Shown one piece after another: positions 12,801 through 24,543 of a stretch of 39,279 nucleotides of DNA. The translations under genes and the position numbers were made by a program. The stretch is from NCBI GenBank assembly GCA_023231475.1, contig JALJEE010000911.1:1-39279 (forward strand). The letters are read 5' to 3'. The notes beneath the pieces were generated by a model that was not told the DNA's origin, ran no database searches, and worked only from the letters and a program-made list of their open reading frames with translations. Every line of letters starts with the position of its first letter. Positions within the stretch are counted from its first letter, which is position 1. This DNA comes from Seison nebaliae (Eukaryota).

Positions 12801-15800
12801 GCGTCTAAAATCGAATCACGAACGAAACCATCAACAATATCTCTCGCATGCACATCGATGATGAGACAAGTATTGAATTTCTTCCTATCATTCTTCCCTA
12901 ACGGCTTCCTAATCTCAACAACAACATCACTCAATTGATTTTGTAACTTCGTCGCATAATTCTTCATCGCCATTTTATCTCCTTTTGATACTTTATTGAA
13001 AACATCTTCCACTTCCCATGTCCACCAAATTTGGTTGACTGCCAATACGACCATTCCTTGATATTCCAACATCCATTTCACTCTCGTTTGTTTATGGCGA
13101 TAATAAAAAATTCCTTGTTTAGTTATCAAACGATTTGTTGATCTCATTTCAGTTACAATATTATTCATCCAATCTTCAACTCGACCGACCGTCGCTACCG
13201 GTTTCTTGAAAGTCATCGATTCCTTTTCTGCACTAATCATCGCTATCGCTTCAATACTGGCATCACTACTAAATTTGAGAGATGCGACATTATCGAACAT
13301 TTTTATCATATGTTCTTGGACACAAGTAGCTTCGGAACTGCCGAGAATACTGAGCAATTCGTCATCAGAAATAAAATAGAAACGAGGAAATGCATTTCGT
13401 TTCGCATCCAGATAATCATTTAATGATTTCTGACATCGTTCCAATCCCAAGAATAAGATTTGAAGATCAGATAAACGATTATGGGCATGACAAGCCACTT
13501 TCACCACCGGATTTTTGAATGTGTCACTCATAATTCCTCGAAATTGTTTATCGATCGAATCGAATTTTTTCGCTTCAGTTGGCAATTGAGATCGGATGTC
13601 TCCCAAGAAGAAAATGCTTTCCAAATACATCCATTTCCTTTGTACAGCTATCCAAACATCTAACACTTCAGAAATGAGAGCTAAACCTTTCTCCCAAATT
13701 TGAACGGTTTGTAAGAAAGGACCGATATAACGTGAGGCAGACATCGATTGTAAATTCATTGCGTTGTCCTCCAACATTTGAAGAACTTCTTCTGTCGAAC
13801 CGATAATATGTCCTCGATCCATTCCATTTTTTTGATAAACATGAATATCAAATTTCAAATTTTCCCATGTCTCAACAACTTCTGCAACGCCTTTCTCGAT
13901 CGCTAATTCTTTGACAGCTGACATGACAATATCTTGAATGATATCATTAAATCGATGTAATTCCATCGAAAATAATTTGCCTAGTGTAAACGTTTCCGGA
14001 TTCATATCGAACATGACACCAGTCTCATTCATTAATCGTTTCCAATGACGATCTCGTAACGCGTCATTTCTCAAATCAACCATCAATGGTAAAGAATCTT
14101 TGAATTCTTTGAAATTTGTTTCGATCGTTTTATAAACAGGTAATTGTCGAACTTCTTTTGGTAATCGTTTCAAATCTCGAATATATTGATCGATTCCTTC
14201 AATCAAATGATTCGTATTTAAATGTCTCCAAGTGGTTTGAGACCATACTTCTACCGCATCTTTTTCCGTTTCATACAATTTGTAAAGAATCTCCAAATTG
14301 TCCATCTCTTTTTTAATTAATGTCAATTCCGGATATTTTCCTAAAGGAATATTGAACAATCTCTCCGAATTTGTTATGGCTATACGAGCCGCTTCCAATT
14401 CAGCTAAAAGACCTTGAAACTTTTTCAATAATTCCACTCCCAAATCCAAATCTTTACCGACTGATCCAGGACCTTCTTCTCGGAAATATTTCGCGAAATT
14501 TTGAACACGTAAACGAAATTGATCGATTTCAATCGTTGTCACTTCCGTAAAACGTTCTTGAACGATCTTCAATTGTAAGAAACGATTTTTCGAACTCAAC
14601 AATAAATCTATCCACGTTTTCCTCAACTTCATCACACGAACTGATTCTTCTGGAACGACTTTATAATTATACATTCCAATCGTCCGATAATTCTCGACGA
14701 TATCGTCGATTCGTGATACCATCAACGCATTCATTCGTTGAAGATCAGAAATTATTTTCAAAACTTGTTTCAACGATTCCAAATTCAATGCGGGTTGATC
14801 TAATTGTTTTTGTAATTTATCGAATTCATTTTCCAATTCCACTAACAATAGTGTCGATTTATCATGTAATAATTGACAATAAGTATTCACCCATCGATCG
14901 ATGAGAAAATTGATGGTATCTCTAATATTTGTCATACGAAGTTGAACGAAAGAAATACGTTTAATTATTGGTACCATACTCAATTCATTTCGAGCGTCAA
15001 TAAATTTCTCTTGGATATAAGTGTCGACGGTTAAAGTGGAAAAATGGCCATGTTCCTTTTCTAAATGTTCTTCCGCTTTATCCATATCCATCAACCATAA
15101 ACTATCAAACTTTTTCCATATTTTCAAATATCGGGCGGCATATGTCAATCCTTTAACCACTAAAGATTCGACTCCACCGATCGATTCATGAAAATCACTT
15201 CGACGAACAAAATCTTCTTTGAATGTCCAAATATATTCCTTGTCATTATATAGAACTGATGGACATTCTTTACATGATCCTCTCATCCATCTAGTGAAAT
15301 AACGTCCCGACAATATACAATCTTTCCATGACGAAATTATCATGGTAGTGATATCCGTCAATCTTGGTTTTGTTTCCGGTTCTGACGAACCCAATGAACA
15401 AGTGATAGAAAATAAAACTTTTCTTGAAAGAGCTCGATAGAATCGATAAAGATTACTCACAATCATATTCGATATGGCTTCATAAACTTTCGCTTCCCAA
15501 TACTGATAATATTTAACGAGAACTGGTGAACAACCAGAATTTGTAGTCGCCACTAAAGCTTCAATCTTCACCAATAACGGTCCCAATGATCGATATTTCT
15601 TTTGTAATTCGATAAGATCATTATGTCGATTTTCACTGATAGTTTTAAAAAATTCCTAAAAAATGTTTATGTTTAAATTTTTTTAATTTTAAAAAAAAAT
15701 TAAAAAAAAAAGAACGTTTATGTCAACTAATTTACTTCCTAATGGTAAATCAGGTTTTCTGAATAAATCTTGATTGGCTATTGATGAGAGAACGTCTCTT

Positions 15801-18800
15801 ATATCATTTTGATTCTTCTTCACTTGATTCGTCATAGATTCGAATTTATCAATTGCCTTAATATTTATTATTATTTTTAAATTAATTATTTCAAATAACT
15901 TCGTTGCATTTCGCTAAATATTCAGCGATTCCCAATGAACTCCATGTAAAGCGAGTTGCTCCCGGTTTAATCTTCCTTAGTAGTTCATGTAACAGATCTT
16001 TCATGAGATCCATCTCATAATCCTCGAGACTTACTAATAGTCTATGATATTTTCCTAACATTGTCTTCAAATGAATAACATTCTTCAATAATTGTTCTTC
16101 CTATTCCCAATATTGAGAATGAGAATATTTATAGAAAAATTTTAATGAAACTTGAAGTGCGATGTTTCTAGCTACTTCCGGTACATGATATCCCAAATCT
16201 TCCATCGTCTTTGTCTCCGTAACATATTGAATAATTTTTGGATCAAAATCAACGATATATTGTAATTTTGTATAAAATTCTGAATTTGGAATTAATTTGA
16301 AAAAATTGATTGAAATGAATTTGAAAAAAATTTTCAAGGAAAAAAATAGAACTGAATAAACTAAATGAAACGAAGGAAAAAGAAACCATTATAACGATAA
16401 ACATATTTTGTTATACGTGATGTTGTGGCAGCAGAACGACTTTCAGCTGATCGTGGAATATCGATACCGATATGTTTCGATGTTCCGGCGGAACGACCAG
16501 TTGACAATGTGGCCGAATCTAATTGTCGTCGATTGGCGGACATAGTAACACTTTGTTGTTTCAAAATGCTCTTTCGTCGAGTTGATGAATTGCCCGATAA
16601 TTTACTTACCGATTGATTTCCATTGAAATCCAAAGAAACAACAGAAACACGAGGTCTCGCACCTCTCTCAAATTGTTTCCGATGATCAGTTGATCGATTA
16701 ATTTCATCATCATTTAAAACTTAATTTAAATTAAAAGAAAAAAATGAAAAAAAAATATAAAATTAGAAAATTGAAAAAAAGTTTTATTAAACTAAGAAAA
16801 GAATAAGAATTGATAAAAATTTCTACTAAACTGTCAACTGGAAATACATGTGATTTATTGAAATTGATCGCTTGTGGACGATCTTGAGGTTTCACTAATA
16901 AATTCCGTCGAATCAATTGTGGTAATACACTTTTCGCTTTCATACGCCAATCCTCAAATATTTTATCTTCATAAGCTTTCATCGATTTTCCCAATTCTAA
17001 ATATTTCTGTTGTGACTATTGGAAAGAAATTGGGAGAAATTTGAAATGAAAAAAATGAAGGAAAATTTCAAACTTCTTTTCCATGTTCCGATACAACTAA
17101 TGTGTCTGCCGTTCTCATTAGTAACATAGTTTTTTTGATTCGTTTGAAAAGTGTTCGACTCCACCAAATAGAACCTGAACTCATGGCATGTCCTTTGCCG
17201 ATTGGTGGACTGTCTTTCCATTGATTAAACACTCGATTGACATCGTCGACTTCACGATCGAATTGTTTGAGAACATCGACAAATTTCTGTCGTAATTGAT
17301 GATTGATACGATAACGAGTCTTAATTCGATTGAATCTCAACAACATATAAAATGCTCCTTCAGCTGATCTTAATTTTTTGAAAGCGTCATTAATGAATTG
17401 AACACAATCATTTTCAATTTCAGTTACTTCTCTTAGAAATTGTTCCATAACAAAATTCCATTTCGTATATTCAGCTCGAGAGAATAACGGAAAGTTGATG
17501 TTTTCGATTGGTTTGATCAAATCATTTACTCGTTTAATAATATCTTCGATGGCAGTCGTCTCTCCAGTGACCGCTTTTAATTCGGAACCGAAAATATTAT
17601 AAAATTCTTGTTGAGTATCAGCAATTTGATAGAGATCGTTACAAATGACGATAATGTAATCGGATGTTTGAAATAAGCGTTTTCTGTCAAATTCCCATCT
17701 GGCGTCACGTCCTGATTGTTCGATTTCTTGTCTAACTCGAAAATATTGATCATACCAACTTCGGAGCATTCGTCTTGCTTCAAATAAACGATATTTCACC
17801 AGCGATAAATCATGACGAAATAAAGTTTTATTTGTAATCGTTCTCGTGACTCGATTGGTGATTTCTTTAGCGATCTTCTCCATTAAGGGAACCATTCGTT
17901 CATCCCGATTATAATGACGAGAAATAATCCATACCATTCTTAAAGAATTCATTAATGATGGAATTGTATCATTGACCACATTGAAATCAGCTCCATAAGT
18001 AATATTGCGGAAATGTCGTTGGAGAGTGGAAAGAAATCGAACATTATCTTTCGCTTCCACATAATGTTTTGAAATTTCAGATCGTTGTAATTCAAATCCG
18101 AGTATTCCTGGATGTTGAATGGCATTTAATGATGATATGATTTTCTTGACGATCGGTTGTTTTGTTTCTTCATAAAGATTTGCGAAATAAACGAATCGTT
18201 TCTTCCAATAATCAATTTCACCTAAAGGAGATTCATCATCTGGTCGTATATGATTTCGTTCGTCAATTGAATTACGTAATGTTCGTTCCCAATTTGTTAC
18301 GACTTTCTCCATATCACCAACGATTTTATCGTTGATATCTAAACGACGATTATCCGTCGGCAATTCAAAATGAGGCATTTCCATTCTGAATTTTGTTGTC
18401 ATTTGATCAGAAGCCATTTCTAATTGATGGACAAATCGATCGATTGCCATCAATAAAGGATCACGTTCAGCAATTACCGTATCTGTCGATACACCTTCGG
18501 ATAATCCTCGTTTGGTTTCCATGGAAACGGTTGGAGTAGTTCTACCATCTTTATCTGATTTAATTTCCATTGCACTTTTTTCAGTTCTCTCAAATCTAAT
18601 CGATTTACTTGGCTTATTCAATGCCTGTCTCTGATTCATTAAATATGGCCCAACAATTCTTTTTAAATTATTCTCAAAATTTGTCAATGGACTATTGATC
18701 AATGATCCAATAATGAAATATTTGGGAAGCATAAATCTCGCTTCGATTAAGGAGGAGGGGCTGGGTATGACACAATTCTCCGTTTTCACCAAATAGAAAA

Positions 18801-19305
18801 GACGAACATTATTAAAGTTCTTCACATCGTTAGCTCGATGGACTGCTAAGATAGTTCGACTAACAAATCTTGATTCTTCAGACACTTGTTCAGTATTTTC
18901 ACTCTCCAGTTCATCGGTCTTCTGACCAGCCAACATAATTCTCAATTCTTCTTCCGTCAGTTTCGCCATATCTTCCACTTCTTTTGGTTGAGGGGCAGAT
19001 GTCATCGAAATATCCATACTGGAACGATCATAATTTCTCTCAATTTTACTATTCTCATCATCTATGTTCATATTTTGAACAGTTGGTAAAACATCACCTG
19101 TAACGACCACTTCATTCTCAATAGTCCGTTTGGAGAACATGATTGCATAATCGTCATCTTCGTTAGTTTCATTAAAAAACTGTTTAATTATCATTTCATT
19201 CTCACCATCACGCTCCTCTAATAACTCAACAAAAATATTCTCTTCCTTCAAATTGAACGCCAAGAGAACTTGGCGACTTAACCATTCGATACGAACATCA
19301 TCCAT
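3858..19305 (-). CDS. DNAH10: Axonemal inner-arm dynein heavy chain, DNAH10 (I1-alpha) type, about 4792 aa. 14 exons: 19305-17074, 17015-16832, 16719-16387, 16279-16152, 16100-15900, 15856-15716, 15655-5542, 5476-5417, 5086-4955, 4907-4696, 4646-4479, 4419-4288, 4245-4051, 4004-3858
   Basis: P-loops [24 protein letters not shown] and [15 protein letters not shown]; stalk coiled coil. DHC_N1 motifs ([28 protein letters not shown]) and C-terminal [13 protein letters not shown]...[10 protein letters not shown] match DNAH10. All 13 GT-AG introns keep the frame (14379 nt in total). Confidence 0.93.
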
Positions 19306-19374
19306 GATAAAGACCGTTCAAAGAAAAACGGAAAATTCAATTTATCATAAGGATTTGTGTTCTGTTTCCTAACT

Positions 19375-19396
19375 GCCTCTATGGTAACAATAAACA
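19375..19396. promoter_or_regulatory. RFX X-box (GCCTCTATGGTAAC, 19375-19388) with an adjacent forkhead site (ATAAACA, 19390-19396)
   Basis: Matches RYYNYY-AT-RRNRAC, 70 bp upstream of the dynein ATG, next to RYAAAYA. RFX and FoxJ1 are the established regulators of motile-cilia genes. Confidence 0.7.
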
Positions 19397-19557
19397 ATGT
19401 AACATCATAAGATACTTAAAGAAAATTTATTCACATAATTCTCTCCATTTAAATCTTAAGCTTCTTCTAAATTTCCTGGAAATAATTAAATTTACAAAAA
19501 CTTTATTTTAAATAAATTTTGAAAGAAAATTATTGAAAAAACAAATTTTATTTCTTT

Positions 19558-20226
19558 TCAAATCGGTTTACAATTAACAGTAACTACAGTCATTAGACCG
19601 AAAATTACTGTGGAAATTGATTGGAAAATGAATTGTTGGAAAAAGTTCAACATTCTCATTTGAGATAAATAGGAACATATGAAATTGATTGATAATGACA
19701 AAATTAGTAATCCGTAAACTTTGACTGTCGGTTGTCTCATATATTTGGAGAGAAGGAAAGATTGACTAATATAGAGAATGAGGAGAACGATTGATTGTAA
19801 CGAAATGATTGTATATTTCCAATCGAATTCTTGACTTCTTGCTCCCACCCAGAGTGACAAGAATTTCGTTAATAATAAATCGGCGATAGCCCAACTGAAT
19901 CCAACAATTAGTGGTCGACGTTCACTTTGAACGTTGATCGTTGTCAACATATAATAAATTCCCATCAGATCCACCACATCCAACGAGTGTGTGAAGAGTT
20001 GAATAGGGAAATATGACGAATGATTCGGATTACTCATAATTGTTGCTGATGTTGGTATAAAAGTTGCGATGATCATCATTTTTAAAAATTGCACAATCAA
20101 ATATCCTATGATGATCTGCAAATATTTTCTTGGTTGATTGTAATTTTTAAGGGCAGTATAATTATAGACGAGTGAGTATGCGCCCACTGTCATCAGAACA
20201 CAATTACCGAAATAAAAGAACGTCAT
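19558..20226 (-). CDS. TMEM147: Transmembrane protein 147 (ER multipass translocon/BOS complex subunit), 222 aa, intronless
   Basis: The true start is the ATG at 20226: MTFFYFGNC matches TMEM147 MTLFHFGNC. Also QFLKMMIIATF, DVVDLMG, GFSWAIADL and LWVGARSQEFDWKY. Confidence 0.92.
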   Translation of the reverse strand: MTFFYFGNCVLMTVGAYSLVYNYTALKNYNQPRKYLQIIIGYLIVQFLKMMIIATFIPTSATIMSNPNHSSYFPIQLFTHSLDVVDLMGIYYMLTTINVQSERRPLIVGFSWAIADLLLTKFLSLWVGARSQEFDWKYTIISLQSIVLLILYISQSFLLSKYMRQPTVKVYGLLILSLSINFICSYLSQMRMLNFFQQFIFQSISTVIFGLMTVVTVNCKPI

Positions 20227-20498
20227 TTTTTCAATTTCAATTTTTTTTCCCGTCGATAAAGAATTGATGGTAGATGCAATTGCTGATATTCTGAAACACA
20301 AAAATCAAACATAATTTCATAAAAATAAAAATTTTAAATTTTTTTTTCAATTAAAATTTCAAATTTTCGGCTTTGGAAAATTTGTTCAATGTTCGTTTTA
20401 AAAATTACTAATTTTTTTCTATCGCCATTCCACATTGGGATTATTGGAGTGATTGTTTAATTTATTCAACAAAAAATTTATGACAGTCTTATGAGAGA

Positions 20499-21677
20499 AT
20501 GTCAGAATTTTGGAAGTCAACGGGCCGAAAATATTGTGAAATTTGTCAATGTTGGTTCGCTGATAATTCAGCGAGTGGAAATATTCATAATAATGGAAAT
20601 CGACATAAGAAGAATTTGGAATTGAAACTTAAACGAATTGAAGAAAAATCAGTGAGTGACAAAAAAGAAGAAAAAGAATTGAATAAAATTCTTCTACAAA
20701 TTAATCGATCAGCAGAAATCGCTTACGGAAAAGATGTTCGTGGTGAAGGTTCTTCCGCCATTCCTTCCAGAGATCATTTAGTTGATCAAAATTTTGACTC
20801 AACTCAACGAAAAGAAACGTTGCTAGAAAAGAAAAAAAAGAATGAAAAAAAGAAATTAGAGACAAATGAAGAACGAGCAGCGAAACAACGAGAATTGAAC
20901 AAACAAAAATATGGAAAGAAAAATATTGAAAAAAATACTAATAAAGATACATGGTTAAGAAAGAAGGTAAATATTGGAGTTTCTGGAGAATCAAAAGTTG
21001 ATGTTCCAATAGTGGATGAATGTCGAATCAGCGGTTGGCAAACGGTTAAGAAAGAGGAAACATTCGAATCAAAACATCGATATATAGAAAAAGAAGAAAA
21101 AGAAGAAGTGAAAATAGAAAAAAAGAAAGAATCAGATGAAGAGGATGAAGAAGAAAGACAAGAAGAATATGATGTTCAACAAAATCAAAAAAAATTACAA
21201 AGAATTCTCAAGAGAAAAACAATGAAAGACTTTAAGGAGATTTCGAAAAATCTTCCACAAAATCCATATCAATTTAATATGACGGACAACACCGGTTTTC
21301 AATTACAACAAAACACATTCAATCACACCGATCAAAATGAAATCGAAAAAAAAATGAGAAAAATGACGGAAAGAATTGGTTGGACGGATGAGCCAACGGT
21401 CGAGATTGCAACAAGAAGTTTTGATACAAAAAAAAATTTCTTTAAATTCAATTCGAATTCCATTGAACAAAGTTTAAATGAGAAAGTTAATTGTCAGTTG
21501 AACGAAGAATTAACTAGTGAAAATGAAGTAAGAAATGGTACAGAAGTTTTTGGAGAAATTAAAGAAATGAAAATGAAGAAAGAATTAACAGAGGATAATG
21601 AAGAGGAAAAGAGTAATATTAAGAAAATTTCTTTTAAATCAAAAAATGTTAAGAATCGGAAGTTTCGAAAGAAATAA
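20499..21677 (+). CDS. WBP4: WBP4/FBP21-like spliceosomal B-complex protein with a matrin/U1-type zinc finger, 392 aa; no recognisable WW domains
   Basis: MSEFWKSTGRKYCEICQCWFADN...H...GNRHKKN matches WBP4 MADYWKS.PKKFCDYCKCWIADN..S..FHERGKNHKENV. Also a GWQTV motif and a basic C-terminus ending FKSKNVKNRKFRKK. Confidence 0.8.
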   Translation: MSEFWKSTGRKYCEICQCWFADNSASGNIHNNGNRHKKNLELKLKRIEEKSVSDKKEEKELNKILLQINRSAEIAYGKDVRGEGSSAIPSRDHLVDQNFDSTQRKETLLEKKKKNEKKKLETNEERAAKQRELNKQKYGKKNIEKNTNKDTWLRKKVNIGVSGESKVDVPIVDECRISGWQTVKKEETFESKHRYIEKEEKEEVKIEKKKESDEEDEEERQEEYDVQQNQKKLQRILKRKTMKDFKEISKNLPQNPYQFNMTDNTGFQLQQNTFNHTDQNEIEKKMRKMTERIGWTDEPTVEIATRSFDTKKNFFKFNSNSIEQSLNEKVNCQLNEELTSENEVRNGTEVFGEIKEMKMKKELTEDNEEEKSNIKKISFKSKNVKNRKFRKK

Positions 21678-22226
21678 AAATTTTCGTTCTTCCAAATTAA
21701 TCAACTTTTAATCTTACGTATACTCCTTTGTGTTTGACAACTGACTCAATGAACTAACAGACTCCTGACAAGTAATAAACATAAGAATAAACATTCATCA
21801 ATTTAAAACGATTAAGAAGAAAAATACATTGATCATTTTTATTTATAATAGTAGATAACTTTTCATTCTTTATCATTTGAATAAGACTTATTTTTGTTAA
21901 CGGATAAGTAAAATGGTAATGTAGGTATTTGACTATTAAATTTGAAATTTATATAGTACATCGAAAATTATATATTAGTAATAATTATCGAATATTCAGT
22001 TTCATGAGTAGATAGTGATTATTAAAAAAAAAATGGATTAAATTAACCAATTATTATCGGGAAAAAAATTAGAGTAAAATTTCGGTTTATTTAAGTATTT
22101 TTCAAAATTTGATGAGTTTATATCAATCAATATAAAATACTCCGAAAAAGCAGGCGAAAATGGGAAAACAACGAAAATTTGAAAATTTTACTCTTATGCT
22201 TTCGAGTAATTTATTAAGTAATCAAA

Positions 22227-23459
22227 TTATTGATGGAAATATGGGAACAATTTAATTGATGGTGAATTAAGAGTGGAATTCATTCGCAGTTCAGTTATAC
22301 ATCGATCACAAACGATTTGTTTTTGTTGAATTAATTTTGGTGAGTTTTCGACAATCCATTGCGCTGGAAAATATTGACAAATGTCACAACTCTGATATTG
22401 AACCAATTTCTTCCGCAGAATTAAGGGGAATCGTTGAACATTATTATAAAGTTTCGAATTGATTGTCAAATCGGAGATTGAAAATAAATGTTCACATTCA
22501 CCGATATTATGTATGAATGCATTGAATGCACCTAAACGACAAGATATTTCCGAGAATTTTGTCTGTTGACCATTCCTTTCGAAGAAATAATTGGGATATG
22601 GTGAATCAATTACCTTTTTCATCCAATTCAAAAGAAATTTACTGAATTTCTCATTTTCTCTCATATTTTCATCTAATGAATGATTGAAAAGAATTCTATC
22701 GATAATTAAACATGAAAGTTGATTAATTGACGAAATGTCTTCGGATATTATCGATTCGTTTTTTAGTAAATTATTTCTTTTTTCTTTCTTCATCTCATTC
22801 AATCCATCAGTTGGACAAGGAATATTCTCCATCAATAAATGAATATTTTGTGAAGAATTCATCAGTAATTGTCGTTCGATAATTGGACGAGTTTTCGAAT
22901 CTTCAAATTTGGAGAGAATGTTAATTTGTAAATTGATGGAGGGAACACTATCGAAAGGGGAATCAGATACCGAATAGAATTGTTGTTCTTTTATTAAATT
23001 GAATTGTTGAGGTAAGATATTGAGATGAAATTTATTCAATGTTTTCCTATTCATTTTCTTATCACCATTTTTATTATGTTTTCGGATAAGTTTCATAGAC
23101 AACAAATCATCATTTTCCACATTGTTAAAGAACTTATCTATTTTTTTCGTTTCTGAATCCTCAGTAGATGAGGGATCGTCGAATTTGAAATAATCATCTT
23201 TATTAAATAATCGGTTAATGAAAAGAATATCGTCATTCCGTCTATCAATGATTTCTTCCGCCATTTCGTTTCGTTCATTTTCTTTCCTTATCACTTTCTC
23301 ATCATGTTCTGTGAGAGTTGAATTAATCAAACCAGACAAATTTTTTATCTCACCATTTGCACCATCACACTGTGCAAAATAAATGGAAGGTAACCAGAAC
23401 GTCCATTCGTTCAACATCTGTTGAATGTTGACCAACGGGAAATCATAAATATTGTTCAT
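22227..23459 (-). CDS. SNAPC3: snRNA-activating protein complex subunit 3 (SNAP50)-like, 410 aa
   Basis: The C-terminal RLG...FIHNIGECEHLFSISDL, RFPL and CDICQYFPAQWIV...CDRC match the zf-SNAP50_C pattern (HQGDCEH, CxxC...W...CxxC). Confidence 0.8.
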   Translation of the reverse strand: MNNIYDFPLVNIQQMLNEWTFWLPSIYFAQCDGANGEIKNLSGLINSTLTEHDEKVIRKENERNEMAEEIIDRRNDDILFINRLFNKDDYFKFDDPSSTEDSETKKIDKFFNNVENDDLLSMKLIRKHNKNGDKKMNRKTLNKFHLNILPQQFNLIKEQQFYSVSDSPFDSVPSINLQINILSKFEDSKTRPIIERQLLMNSSQNIHLLMENIPCPTDGLNEMKKEKRNNLLKNESIISEDISSINQLSCLIIDRILFNHSLDENMRENEKFSKFLLNWMKKVIDSPYPNYFFERNGQQTKFSEISCRLGAFNAFIHNIGECEHLFSISDLTINSKLYNNVQRFPLILRKKLVQYQSCDICQYFPAQWIVENSPKLIQQKQIVCDRCITELRMNSTLNSPSIKLFPYFHQ

Positions 23460-24543
23460 CTTTTAAAATAATGCAATTCATTTGAATTTTTCCAGATTAT
23501 CAGCTTGCACAATAACAAATTAATGAGCTATTAAAAATAAGAAACATATTTAACGTCTTTTAATGTTAAGCTGTCTTAATTTCCTTTTTCATATTCTTAC
23601 TTCGATAGTATATAATCTAATTATTTGGAAAAAAAATGTTTAAACTTTCCAATGAACACAAAGTTAAAATGTGAATTTTTTAATGGAAATTAAGGAATTT
23701 TCCAAACATAACTTTTGTCAAATTTCTAGAAATTTCTCACTATTTTAATACTTAATTATATAAAGTTATATTATATAATCAACGAATTAAAATGATGTTA
23801 AATTGTAATAAGAAAATTGAGATTATAATGTCGATCAAATAAGTCTTATTCGGATAAGAGTTTGAATAAGAAAAAAAAGTTAACTAATATTATGTGTTAA
23901 ATTTTTAATAGTTTTACATTTCTTTTTTGTTAACTGTTAATGATGTTATCAGAAAATCTTATCTAATATGATAACTACGATGTCAGTTAAATTTTTTTAA
24001 ACTAATTTTTTTGAATTTTGAATTCGAGCGCACTTAAGATAAATAAGAATGATTATAAAACCTTCAAAGAATAATGAAAATATCATAGAATCTATAAAAA
24101 TGTTTCTTATGATACCGAAGTTTTTTCCAATTTTAATTTCAATCCTAAATTGATAATTTAAAGTAGAAAAAATTGTACATGATCTTTCTTAAAATTACAT
24201 TTTGTGAAAGAATTAAAAAAAACTCTGAAAGTATAGAAAACGATTTTAATTTTCGACATTTCTACAAAATTATATATTTTTTTTTTTATTATAACAACAA
24301 ATCCCCGCGGGGTAAATAAAATAGGAAAACGGATAATTCACTATATTGAAGTGACATTGGGAGGATCTCGCAGAAATGTTCGATAAAATTAGTGAAGAAA
24401 TTATAGAAAATGATTAAAATTTTATGTCTAATAAATATTTTATAATGTATAACATACTGTTCTACTTAAGTGATAATTTCTAAAATTAGAGACTAATTTT
24501 GAGTTTGTTTAAGATCACTATGATTTATCTTCTGGAAATGGGA

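Noticed and set aside
4158..19089. Many short antisense or alternative-frame ORFs over the dynein gene, e.g. 8280..8846 (+)
   Set aside because: They are shadows of the coding strand's codon bias and contain no recognisable motifs.
20227..20301. N-terminal extension of TMEM147 in the ORF track
   Set aside because: It begins at a non-ATG codon, and family similarity starts at the ATG at 20226.
24303..24312. GC palindrome CCCCGCGGGG as a Helitron 3' hairpin
   Set aside because: It is only 10 bp and has no downstream CTRR terminus.
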